From an uncultured Planctomycetales bacterium (lineage in GTDB: Bacteria > Omnitrophota > Gorgyraeia > Zapsychrales > JANLHA01): a DNA stretch of 64,000 nucleotides. This document shows positions 45,692-54,197 of the stretch, one piece after another (the first letter of the stretch is position 1; the number at the start of each line of letters is the position of its first letter). The notes beneath the pieces were generated by a model. It had not been told where the DNA came from and ran no database searches. It worked only from the letters and a program-made list of their open reading frames with translations. Location of the stretch: the NCBI GenBank assembly GCA_964489065.1, contig CAZAXH010000001.1:238592-302591 (forward strand), in the 5' to 3' direction. The position numbers and the translations under genes are program-made.

Positions 45692-45702
45692 GCCGCCACC
45701 TT

Positions 45703-46689
45703 TTAAGACAACAGGCCCTTCACCTTCTGCAAGCTCTCCCGGATTTGCGTCACGACCGCCGCAACGCCATCTCCGGTTTTCGCAGACACGGCTATAACCC
45801 GGATATCCGGGTACCGCCGTTTAAAACGCCGGAGATTCCCGGATGACTGCGGGAGGTCCATCTTGTTCGCCACCACAACCTTCTGTTTCACAGTAAGCTG
45901 ATCGCTGTAAGACGCGACTTCCTGATTGATCTTTTCATAATCTTCACCAGGATCCCGGCCTTCCATGGCAGCCATGTCAATCATATGCACTAAAACCTGT
46001 GTGCGTTCCGCGTGTTTCAGAAAACGATCGCCTAATCCCCGGCCAGCATGGGCCCCTTCAATAAGCCCCGGAAGATCAGCCACGATAAAATCCGCCCCTG
46101 CCTCGCCGGGAACAACCCCCAGGACCGGAGCTTTTGTCGTGAACGGATAATCCGCGACTTTTGACTTTACCTTAGATATACAATTAATCAGCGTTGATTT
46201 CCCGGCATTGGGAAAACCGATAAGGCCAACATCCGCAATCAGTTTTAGTTCAAGATGAATTGTCCTGGCTTCGCCCACCCCCGGAGGCGTGGGGGTCCGG
46301 TTATAGATATTGCCCCGCCCCCCGGCTCCGCCTTTGGCGACAACAATACTCTGCCCATTCTCGGCAAGATCCCGGATCAAAAGACCGGTTTCCTTATCGC
46401 GGATAACCGTCCCCACCGGTATTTTTAAAACACAATCATCAGCCGTTTTGCCTTTTTTCCCTTTACTGCCGCCGTGTCCGCCGTTGTCCGCTTTATAATG
46501 CTGTTTATACCGATAGTCCAGCAACGTCTGAATATGGCTGTCAGCCTCAAAAATGATATCGCCGCCCTTACCGCCATCCCCCCCGTCTGGCCTGGAGTAA
46601 CGCATATATTTATCCCGGTAAAAACTTTCGCAGCCTTTTCCACCGTTACCCCCATTCACAAAAATCCGTGCCTCATCTACAAAAGCCAT
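45703..46689 (-). CDS. obg: GTPase Obg
   Basis: Obg fold N-terminus (FVDEARIFVNGGNGGKG) and G domain GFPNAGKSTL. Confidence 0.9.
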   Translation of the reverse strand: MAFVDEARIFVNGGNGGKGCESFYRDKYMRYSRPDGGDGGKGGDIIFEADSHIQTLLDYRYKQHYKADNGGHGGSKGKKGKTADDCVLKIPVGTVIRDKETGLLIRDLAENGQSIVVAKGGAGGRGNIYNRTPTPPGVGEARTIHLELKLIADVGLIGFPNAGKSTLINCISKVKSKVADYPFTTKAPVLGVVPGEAGADFIVADLPGLIEGAHAGRGLGDRFLKHAERTQVLVHMIDMAAMEGRDPGEDYEKINQEVASYSDQLTVKQKVVVANKMDLPQSSGNLRRFKRRYPDIRVIAVSAKTGDGVAAVVTQIRESLQKVKGLLS

Positions 46690-46730
46690 GGTCTCGTCTT
46701 CCCTCACCCCTTGTTCCCGGCCGAATGGTT

Positions 46731-47048
46731 TTAGGCGCCGGTAACAATCCTCTTAATTTGCAGCGCTGTGAGTTTTTGCCGATACCCGCGTTTACTAGAC
46801 GAACCCTTCCGCACCCGGTATTTATAAGCCACGACTTTATTCCCCCCCATATGGTCTAAAACTTCCGCCTGAACTTTCACGTCCCCCAAATAAGGGTTAC
46901 CGACACGGACCGTGGCTCCGTCTGCCAACAACAAAACCTGGTCTAACGTCAACGCCTCCCCCTTTTCCCCTTTTAAACGATTGGGGCGGATGACGTCCCC
47001 CTCGCTGATCTTAAACTGGGCTGACCCGACTTTAACAATAGCAAACAT
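46731..47048 (-). CDS. rplU: 50S ribosomal protein L21
   Basis: MFAIVKVGSAQFKISEGD. It is followed directly by obg with no rpmA in between. Confidence 0.85.
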   Translation of the reverse strand: MFAIVKVGSAQFKISEGDVIRPNRLKGEKGEALTLDQVLLLADGATVRVGNPYLGDVKVQAEVLDHMGGNKVVAYKYRVRKGSSSKRGYRQKLTALQIKRIVTGA

Positions 47049-47218
47049 AAACTCCTCCTTTATTCTCAAAATATGTTATAAAATGAGTATTTCTTAAATA
47101 CTTCATTAAAGCGTATTATAGCAAAAAGTCAACAAATTTTTACAACCGCCCCGGGAACCCAAAAACCGGCACAAACCGCGCCCACGAAGACCCCTAACAA
47201 AGAATCGCCTCCTGGCCA

Positions 47219-48517
47219 TCAACTGGTCTTAACTCTCCCCCGCCCTTCACAATAAGGACAGACGCCAAACGCAATGGATTCCAGAGCTTTTCCGGTCCTG
47301 GCTCGTGTCATTTCAACCAGGCCCAAAGAAGAAATCTGATTGACTTCCGATTTGGCGTGGTCTTTTTTCAAGGCCACTTGCAAAGCCTCCAAAACTTTCC
47401 TCTTATGCATCTCGCGGGACATGTCGATAAAGTCTATAACAATAATTCCCCCCAGGTCGCGCAAACGAAGCTGGCGGGCAATTTCCGGGGCCGCTTCCAT
47501 ATTCACCATAAAAGCCGCTTCTTCAGGAGAAGCTTTGGTTTTAAACCGCCCGCTGTTAACATCAACGACCGTCAGCCCCTCGGTGGGCTCAATAACAATA
47601 TAGGCCCCCGACTTCAGGAGAACCCGCGGGTTATAAATCTTTTCAAGTTCCTTGGAGACCCCCTTCGCCTCAAAGAGCGGGCTGGTGCCCCGGTATAAAT
47701 GAATCTTGTGGATTTCTTCCTTCCCGATCAGGTTCTGGACGAACTTCTTGAGTTTAATAAAATCCGCAGACGAATCAATAACCACCTTATCCACCCGGGC
47801 GTTAAGATAATCCCTGACCACTTTCCATATAAGATCAAATTCCTTATAAATCAACGCCGGAGCTTTTTTGTTCTCGGACAATTTGGTGATCTGCTGCCAA
47901 ATCTTATAAAGAAACTTCGCGTCCCGGAGCAGTTCCCTCTTGCCTTGTTCAAAAGAAACCGTCCTGACGATAAACCCGCCCTGCTGCGTGAATGTAAACC
48001 CTTTCAGCACATCTTTCAGCCGCTGCCGCTCCTCTATATTCAAAATCTTTTTGGAAACGCCGTTATGGCTGTCAAACGGCATGTATACGATAAACCTCCC
48101 GGCGAGCGAAATATGCGTCGTCAGGCGGGCCCCTTTATTGCTGAACGGGTCTTTGACGACCTGCACCAAAATTTCCTGCCCCTCCTTCAGAGGCTGCGGG
48201 GACGCTTCTGGCCGGGGGCTTACTTTATGTCGGTGCTTTAAAAGACGGTGCAATAATTTTTTGGGACCGTTCAATTCTTCTTCCAGCAATGGGTTAATCG
48301 CGTCCGTCAAATAAAGGAACCCATTCTTTTCCTGTCCAATATTAACGAAAGCCCCGTTAATAGACGGCAAAATAGATTCAACCCTCCCTTTATAAATATT
48401 CCCCAAAATAGACTGGTCATTGACTTTCTCGATATAAAAATCGTCCAGCTTCCCTTCATCAATAATGGCGACCCGGGTTTCTCCCGTTCCGATCTGAATA
48501 AGAATCTCTCTCGACAC
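47219..48517 (-). CDS. rng: RNase E/G family ribonuclease (RNase G-like, short form)
   Basis: S1 domain, DNase I-like core and CPYCEGRGRV zinc link. GTG start with an AAGGAGGG RBS. Confidence 0.8.
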   Translation of the reverse strand: MSREILIQIGTGETRVAIIDEGKLDDFYIEKVNDQSILGNIYKGRVESILPSINGAFVNIGQEKNGFLYLTDAINPLLEEELNGPKKLLHRLLKHRHKVSPRPEASPQPLKEGQEILVQVVKDPFSNKGARLTTHISLAGRFIVYMPFDSHNGVSKKILNIEERQRLKDVLKGFTFTQQGGFIVRTVSFEQGKRELLRDAKFLYKIWQQITKLSENKKAPALIYKEFDLIWKVVRDYLNARVDKVVIDSSADFIKLKKFVQNLIGKEEIHKIHLYRGTSPLFEAKGVSKELEKIYNPRVLLKSGAYIVIEPTEGLTVVDVNSGRFKTKASPEEAAFMVNMEAAPEIARQLRLRDLGGIIVIDFIDMSREMHKRKVLEALQVALKKDHAKSEVNQISSLGLVEMTRARTGKALESIAFGVCPYCEGRGRVKTS

Positions 48518-48734
48518 AATCCCTCCTTATCCCTCAATCAAATTTTTTAACTGTTTAATGGCCCCGCCGCTCAAGGGGCCGACATCCGGCCCGGGAACAC
48601 GTCCCCGGTCTGGCATTAAATCCTCCCCTGAAGTCCGTAAAAGGACACCTCTGCCCCCACGTTCAAACAACAAGAACTGAAGGCAGAGGTCGCAATATTC
48701 AATCGCATCAATGCGTTACAGCCCAAGAACGCAA

Positions 48735-50084
48735 TTATGGCTGTTCCTGGGTAATGATATGCGGCGTCAGGAAAATAAGCAAATCCGTCTTAACCGATGT
48801 CTTTTCCGTCTTCTGAAAAAGCAAGCCAAAAATCGGGATGTCGCCTAAAATCGGGAGCTTCTTTTTCACATCCGTACTCTGGTCCTTAATCAAACCGGCG
48901 ATAACCAGCGTCTCCCCGTCTTTGATCATAACGCTCGTCGTCACTTCTTCGCTGCTCAACTGCGGCATCGACGTATTTTCCACTGTCACATAATCCAAAA
49001 TCGCGGTGATCTTCGGATTAATATCCAAAGTCACATGCCCGGCGTTGTTCACGTGCGGGGTCACCTCAAAAATAATACCAATATCCTTGAATTCCCAGTC
49101 GCTCACCTGCAGTTTGGCCTGGTCTTCATTATAACTGTATTTGGGAATCGGGTACTGGCTCCCAACGGTAATCTTGGCCATTTTGTTGTCCAGGGTCACA
49201 ATCCGCGGGTTAGACAGAATATTGGTATCGCTCCGGGTCGTCAGCATTTCAAAAACAGCCTGCGCCTCAGCAAAACTCAAAGTTCCAAGCGTGAATCCGG
49301 AAGAAACCGTGTCGGGTTGAAAACCCTCGTCACTGTCCCCTATCGCCGGGAAATTATAGGGCGAATATTTATTAGATGTGTCTATCGTAAATGGCCACAT
49401 ATGCGGACGGGCCGATCCCGTAACAGTCGCTTTGGCCACCCAATCAATCCCCAGCTTATCCGTGTTGCTTAAGGTGGTTTCGACAATCTTCGCCTCGATC
49501 AGAACCTGCGGAGTCGTTTTATCCAGCTGTTCGATAACCGCCGAAATCAACTCCAGGTTTCCCGGGATATCTCGGACGATCACGGAGTTGGTGCGCTCAT
49601 CCATATTAATGCTGCCCCGGTCCGTTTTCATTTTATCGATAGATTCCTTGACATCCGCCGCCTTCGCGTAATTCAGGACATACGTTTTGGTTACCAGCGG
49701 TTCCTGGTCCGCCAGCAACTTGGCGTCTTCCCGTCTTTTTTTCAAATTGTCAATCGTCGTGACGGTAATGATATTCCCCCTCTGTTCATACGCGTAGCCG
49801 TATGTCTCCAGGACGACCTGGAGCGCTTTCTGCCACGGGACATCCTGCAATTTAATCGTGATCAAACCCGTCACTTCCGGGCCGGCCACAATATTAACAC
49901 CGCTCTTGTAAGAGAGGATCCGCAGGACATTCTGAATATCCGCGTCCCTGAAATCCAGGCTGACATTCCCCCCCTCCGACATGGAAAGATTTTCCGGAGA
50001 ATCTGCTGTTGTGCCGTCTTGCGCATACACAGGTGTCATCATCAAGGCCAAAAAAATAACCAGTATTACCCATCGTCTAAACAT
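48735..50084 (-). CDS. pilQ: Type IV pilus secretin PilQ
   Basis: Signal peptide, AMIN/N0-like N-terminus, and a C-terminal secretin domain ending ...LLIFLTPHII. Confidence 0.8.
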   Translation of the reverse strand: MFRRWVILVIFLALMMTPVYAQDGTTADSPENLSMSEGGNVSLDFRDADIQNVLRILSYKSGVNIVAGPEVTGLITIKLQDVPWQKALQVVLETYGYAYEQRGNIITVTTIDNLKKRREDAKLLADQEPLVTKTYVLNYAKAADVKESIDKMKTDRGSINMDERTNSVIVRDIPGNLELISAVIEQLDKTTPQVLIEAKIVETTLSNTDKLGIDWVAKATVTGSARPHMWPFTIDTSNKYSPYNFPAIGDSDEGFQPDTVSSGFTLGTLSFAEAQAVFEMLTTRSDTNILSNPRIVTLDNKMAKITVGSQYPIPKYSYNEDQAKLQVSDWEFKDIGIIFEVTPHVNNAGHVTLDINPKITAILDYVTVENTSMPQLSSEEVTTSVMIKDGETLVIAGLIKDQSTDVKKKLPILGDIPIFGLLFQKTEKTSVKTDLLIFLTPHIITQEQP

Positions 50085-50085
50085 A

Positions 50086-50475
50086 TTAGTCCTCCTTTTT
50101 GAGTTTTAGAATAACTCGTTCTTGACCTTTTTGTAATGTCACGCGGTTCTCTTTTATATCCTTAACGGTGAACACACCGATAGATTCGTCCTTCTGCAGA
50201 ATTTTTCCGTTAATAATCGCCACGCTTTTCCCTCCGTCCCCGACGTAAATCCCTTCCAGAACCAAATCCGTCGCCAAAAGATCCTTCTCCAAGTTAACAA
50301 TCATCCCCTTAGAATTCACCAGCGGCCAGAAGGGGTCGCGTTTGTCATGGCTGTCGTACACATAGTCGGCGCTGGCCTCCTCAGCCTCATCCTCGGCGCC
50401 GCCGCAAGGCGTAACGCCGGCCAAGGTCACGATCAGCAGAATTGTCCAAAATCGGATTTTTGTCTTCCTCATCAT
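50086..50475 (-). CDS. pilP: PilP-like pilus assembly lipoprotein
   Basis: 129 aa; signal peptide with Cys and a beta-rich C-terminus. Assigned by position between pilO and pilQ. Confidence 0.45.
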   Translation of the reverse strand: MMRKTKIRFWTILLIVTLAGVTPCGGAEDEAEEASADYVYDSHDKRDPFWPLVNSKGMIVNLEKDLLATDLVLEGIYVGDGGKSVAIINGKILQKDESIGVFTVKDIKENRVTLQKGQERVILKLKKED

Positions 50476-51074
50476 TTCTGCCCGCCTTCAAACACAACCA
50501 GTTCGATCGCCAAATTAATGGATGCCGTCTGTTGGTCTTCCCGGCCTGTTTCAATTGAAAAATTCGGCAATCGCAAAAAAATACCGTCTCGCTCCAGTTC
50601 ATTCAAAAACCGGCCGAACGGATGATAACCGCTCTCCGCTTCTATAACAATAGGAATAGAAAAATATTTCCCCTCATTATTCTCCAGAACCGGATCGTTG
50701 ATGGCCGTCTGCGGTAAAATCTGTTCTATTTTTACACCATGTTTATCCGCGATCCTCGAAATATTTTCCAAAAGAAACGGGATATCCTCTTTACGCTTAA
50801 TCCTCCGCTGCAGATTCTGATACTTGTCTTCCAGCCGTGACAATTCTTTTTTATACTGGTTAACCCGAAGGATATTATTCCTGGTTTCAGCCGTTTCCCG
50901 GTTCAATTCTTCCAGCTTGGGATTAATGGCCTGCAGAGTCTTCAGTTGAAACTGCAAGGGGAACAGATAGAAAATCACAAGAATCACCGTAAAGACGCCC
51001 GCCAATAAGAAGAAAGGGTTCTTTTCGCTGATTTTATTCACCACGGACCCCATCTGATTCTTGATATCACTCAT
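50472..51074 (-). CDS. pilO: PilO-like pilus assembly protein
   Basis: 200 aa; N-terminal TM helix followed by a coiled-coil and ferredoxin-like region. Assigned by position. Confidence 0.55.
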   Translation of the reverse strand: MSDIKNQMGSVVNKISEKNPFFLLAGVFTVILVIFYLFPLQFQLKTLQAINPKLEELNRETAETRNNILRVNQYKKELSRLEDKYQNLQRRIKRKEDIPFLLENISRIADKHGVKIEQILPQTAINDPVLENNEGKYFSIPIVIEAESGYHPFGRFLNELERDGIFLRLPNFSIETGREDQQTASINLAIELVVFEGGQK

Positions 51075-51101
51075 TTCTTTTACCCTTATCCCGGGGGGCC
51101 T

Positions 51102-51686
51102 CTACAAATCCACCCGGATCGTAAAATCCGCAACCGGTGTTCCGTTGATTGTCCGGCTTTTAATGTACTCCAGCTCTATTTCACTAAAGTCCCTCATAAA
51201 AGCATGGTTGTCTTTTAAACTGGTATTAAAACTGTGGACGCTGATCATTTCCGTCTGTGTTTTGGAAACAGCGCTGCCGTTGATCAGCAAAATCCCGCCC
51301 TCCAGCTGCATTTTGGTTAACCACACTCCGCGCGGAAGATTATCGCTGATCTCGTTTAATTTCTGTGACCACACAAAATCCCGGCTCCCCAGAACTTCTT
51401 CCAGAGGAGCGAGTTTGCCGTTAATCTCTTTAATCTGCCCGACATAGCGCTCTGTGTTGATTCTCTGCGGAACGAGTTCGGCCAGCTCAGACATCAAACG
51501 CTTGCGTTCGGCCAGTTTCAAGGAAATCATAAATTGCAAAGCGCCCGCGCCCAGGGCCAGGACAACGATAAACAGGCCAGTATAACCAATAATCGCCTGT
51601 TTCGACAACCCGGCGGACGGCTCACTGGAAGGGAGAGCTTTCCTCTTTTTTTTCAATTGAGGAGGGACTAAATTTATTTCAATCAT
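51102..51686 (-). CDS. pilN: Type IV pilus assembly protein PilN
   Basis: MIEINLVP N-terminal motif (INLLP-like) followed by a TM helix. Confidence 0.65.
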   Translation of the reverse strand: MIEINLVPPQLKKKRKALPSSEPSAGLSKQAIIGYTGLFIVVLALGAGALQFMISLKLAERKRLMSELAELVPQRINTERYVGQIKEINGKLAPLEEVLGSRDFVWSQKLNEISDNLPRGVWLTKMQLEGGILLINGSAVSKTQTEMISVHSFNTSLKDNHAFMRDFSEIELEYIKSRTINGTPVADFTIRVDL

Positions 51687-51733
51687 AGATTATCCCCTGC
51701 TTTACCTCATTGTATCTCCATCGCTGAACATGC

Positions 51734-52798
51734 TCATGAATACAAAGACAACCCGAGGGCCACGGACAGAAACGCCGTGTTGGACTCCAAATCCTCCCTC
51801 TTAGCCGTGTCTCCCTGTGTCAGCCAAGGAAACGGGTTCCAGCGTGACACTTTGATATCAAGATTTTTAAAAATAATATCGTCCATCCCTTCCAACTTAG
51901 ACGTTCCGCCGGTTAAAAGCAAATGGGTGATACCCACATTCTTCTCTGTCATAAAGTAGTCAAAAGACAACCGGAGTTCCGAAACCAGATTAATAATCAC
52001 CGATTCGCAGGCGTCCAGCACCTTGACCAACTGGTCTTTGGGGTTCCTCTTCAAACTCTCCGCTTCTTCATACCGCAGGCTCAAGGAATTCGTTAAGGCC
52101 TTCGTAAAGTCTCTGCCGCCGATAAAAACATCCCGGGTAAACAACGGCATCCCCTGGACCATAATGGTAAGATTGCTGACAACCTCCCCGATGTCCAGGA
52201 TAGCGACGGCGGCATGCTTGGAGGCGTCCGGCGCTGTTTCCGGATTTTCCAGCATTTTCGGGTTCAACACGTTCATAATATTGGAAATCGCAACCGCGTT
52301 AAGAGAAATAAAATTGGGATGGTACCCCAGTTCCGTGAGAAAGGCGACGCGGTCGTCGATGATTTCTTTCTTTGCGGCGGCCACCAGAACCAGCATTTTA
52401 TTATCTTTTAACGTGGTGTTCAGAATGTGGCAATCCGTGTAGATTTGGTCCAGAGGGAAAGGGAAATATTTGTCCGCCTCAATGGCGAAACATTTTTTCA
52501 AATCTGCGAGGGGCATGCGGGGAAGCTCAATATAGCGGATCAGGGTGCCTTTTCCGCTGACGGCGGTGAAAGGATCCATAGCCTCAGCCGAAAGGTTGCG
52601 CAGAGTTTGTTTGACCGCCTTCTTCTGGTCGCCCCCTTCCACAGGAACGACCGCCCAGTCCAGAAGCGTATAGGCGGATCCGGCCTTTTTTACTTTTATA
52701 CCTTTACAGGCAAACGTTCCGATATCCAGCCCGACCGTCACTGCGCCGGCTTTCTCCGGGACAACTCCTTTAAATGCTTTTTTAAAAAAACCTGGCAT
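51734..52798 (-). CDS. pilM: Type IV pilus assembly ATPase-like protein PilM
   Basis: 354 aa actin-like fold; VGLDIGTFACKGIKV. Confidence 0.8.
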   Translation of the reverse strand: MPGFFKKAFKGVVPEKAGAVTVGLDIGTFACKGIKVKKAGSAYTLLDWAVVPVEGGDQKKAVKQTLRNLSAEAMDPFTAVSGKGTLIRYIELPRMPLADLKKCFAIEADKYFPFPLDQIYTDCHILNTTLKDNKMLVLVAAAKKEIIDDRVAFLTELGYHPNFISLNAVAISNIMNVLNPKMLENPETAPDASKHAAVAILDIGEVVSNLTIMVQGMPLFTRDVFIGGRDFTKALTNSLSLRYEEAESLKRNPKDQLVKVLDACESVIINLVSELRLSFDYFMTEKNVGITHLLLTGGTSKLEGMDDIIFKNLDIKVSRWNPFPWLTQGDTAKREDLESNTAFLSVALGLSLYS

Positions 52799-53015
52799 AA
52801 TAAGAATGTCTTACTCTTATATAAAAATTCCCTGCGGAGAATTTTTATAACCTGTTTATATTAAATAAATAATATTATCCTTATTGTAACAAAAACATCG
52901 CGGACTTCAAAAGCGCATTCTGTTTTTTTTGTTTCCCCCTATTGCGCCACAACCTCGAACTTCTACAGCCCCCGTGCTTATCTTGGGTCTAAAGAATCAT
53001 GCTCCTCGGGAAACC

Positions 53016-53156
53016 AGCCGCCGGTTACCGCTGCTGGCCGGCCAACCGGATCTGCTGCTGAATATCCTGGTTCACAATCACGAGGTACCGGGCGAATGCG
53101 ATAAACCCAAGGATAAGCGCGGCAATAATAATCATGTTAAAGTTCGGAGGTCTCAT
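53016..53156 (-). CDS. Possible 46-aa single-TM small protein or leader ORF ahead of pilM
   Basis: Manual translation: MRPPNFNMIIIAALILGFIAFARYLVIVNQDIQQQIRLAGQQR. It has a GGGAGAGGGA RBS and an extended -10 element 25 nt upstream. It is below the ORF-track cutoff. Confidence 0.3.
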
Positions 53157-53184
53157 CTGTCCCTCTCCCTATTTTAACCGGTGC

Positions 53185-53193
53185 ATTATAACA
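53185..53193 (-). promoter_or_regulatory. Extended -10 promoter element TGTTATAAT
   Basis: A perfect TGnTATAAT on the minus strand, immediately upstream of the small ORF and the pilMNOPQ block. Confidence 0.35.
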
Positions 53194-53325
53194 CCTTTTT
53201 ATTCAAGCACTAGATTTTTAATATTTTAATACACCCTTGCTTCTAAAAATCTATTCTCCGTTCCCGACTCATCACACCCCCCGCATTCATCCCCGGGCAT
53301 GCCCGCGGTCTTCTGCGAAGGCGGA

Positions 53326-53357
53326 CAAAAAGAGGGGGGCCTTTTTAGGCCCCCCTC
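53326..53357 (-). terminator. Strong Rho-independent terminator after pilA
   Basis: On the minus strand: GAGGGGGGCC-UAAAAA-GGCCCCCCUC followed by UUUUUG. Confidence 0.8.
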
Positions 53358-53396
53358 AAAACCGAATCACAAACTTTCACAGACGGGCTACGGAGT

Positions 53397-53789
53397 CTAC
53401 ATACCTCCCGTCAGGATGCCTCCGGTCGTAATCGTGAATGTCGTTGTCCCGGACGTCCCGACCGTAACCGGCGTTGCCGTAAACGTGTAATAACCGGCAT
53501 TGAACACACAATTAAAATTAAACCCGGACACTGTCGTGCCGCAATAATTGGTGTTGATATACGGCGGTGTCGCGCCAGTCAAAGACGTTTCATTCGCTGG
53601 ATAGTTCCCGGTATTGGCCGTCGCGAATGTCTCCGAGGATGTTGACAATGACCGCAGCGTACTTTTTGCCAGCGCGTCATTAGCGGAGATCTTAGCCCTT
53701 AACAGGTTAGGAATCGCGATAGCAGCCAGTAAAGCGATAATGGCCACAACGATCATGATTTCGACGAGCGTAAAACCTTTTCTGTTCAT
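53397..53789 (-). CDS. pilA: Type IVa major pilin
   Basis: Prepilin leader plus GFTLVEIMIVVAIIALLAAIAIP. The C-terminus is Thr/Gly-rich with two Cys forming a disulfide loop. The start is at MNRKGFTLVE. Confidence 0.85.
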   Translation of the reverse strand: MNRKGFTLVEIMIVVAIIALLAAIAIPNLLRAKISANDALAKSTLRSLSTSSETFATANTGNYPANETSLTGATPPYINTNYCGTTVSGFNFNCVFNAGYYTFTATPVTVGTSGTTTFTITTGGILTGGM

Positions 53790-53934
53790 GTTCTGTCCCT
53801 CCTTCCTCAAGCCTGGATTTACCGCGTCCGCCTTACCAATATCCCAGCAGAAAACTGATGAAAGAATAATGACGGTTTACATAATCTGCTGTGTGTCTTC
53901 GGTTTAGCGACACGATCGACTTTATTCTTTCCCT

Positions 53935-53962
53935 ATGCTAACACATGGACTCAAGCTGTCAA
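53935..53962 (-). promoter_or_regulatory. Sigma70-type promoter for pilA (TTGACA-16-TGnTAGCAT)
   Basis: Read on the minus strand. It lies between the upstream terminator and pilA and gives a leader of ~140 nt. Confidence 0.4.
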
Positions 53963-53970
53963 TTCAAATC

Positions 53971-54150
53971 AAAAAAAAATCTGTCCTTCTTCAAGAGGGA
54001 CAGATCACTATTTATGCCTATATCTTTCCTGATGGCAACTGGCTGCCCTCTTTCGGCCGGAACTCCGCCTCCTGTAGGGCCCTATAGCTTTGTGTCCCAT
54101 CCTTACGAATGGTTTACCTTTTGCATCACCTGATTGTCAAGTCTACTGAA
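53971..54150 (-). ncRNA. Candidate ~170-nt small RNA transcription unit with a promoter and intrinsic terminator but no ORF
   Basis: A TTGACA-18-TATACT promoter at 54151-54180 drives ~170 nt of noncoding sequence. It ends in the hairpin UCUGUCC-11 nt-GGACAGA followed by U9 (53971-54004). Confidence 0.35.
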
Positions 54151-54180
54151 AGTATACAACCCGCCTACTTAAAATGTCAA
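54151..54180 (-). promoter_or_regulatory. Sigma70-type promoter (TTGACA-18-TATACT) 18 nt downstream of the coiled-coil gene stop
   Basis: It uses the same hexamers as the tRNA operon promoter at 37463-37491. Confidence 0.45.
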
Positions 54181-54197
54181 GGCCGTTTCCCTGCCGG

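Noticed and set aside
53800-53830. Possible sigma54 (GG-N10-GC) promoter upstream of pilA, as is common for pilins
   Set aside because: The best GG...GC pair has 11-nt rather than 10-nt spacing and lacks the TGGCAC/TTGCA context. A sigma70-like TTGACA-16-TGnTAGCAT further upstream fits better.
53971-54150. Identity of the candidate sRNA as SRP (4.5S) RNA
   Set aside because: It contains CCGGCCGAAAGAGGGCAGCC, which loosely resembles the SRP helix-8 region. It lacks the GGAA tetraloop and the AGCAGCC/GGUC symmetric loops, so the hit could not be confirmed by eye.
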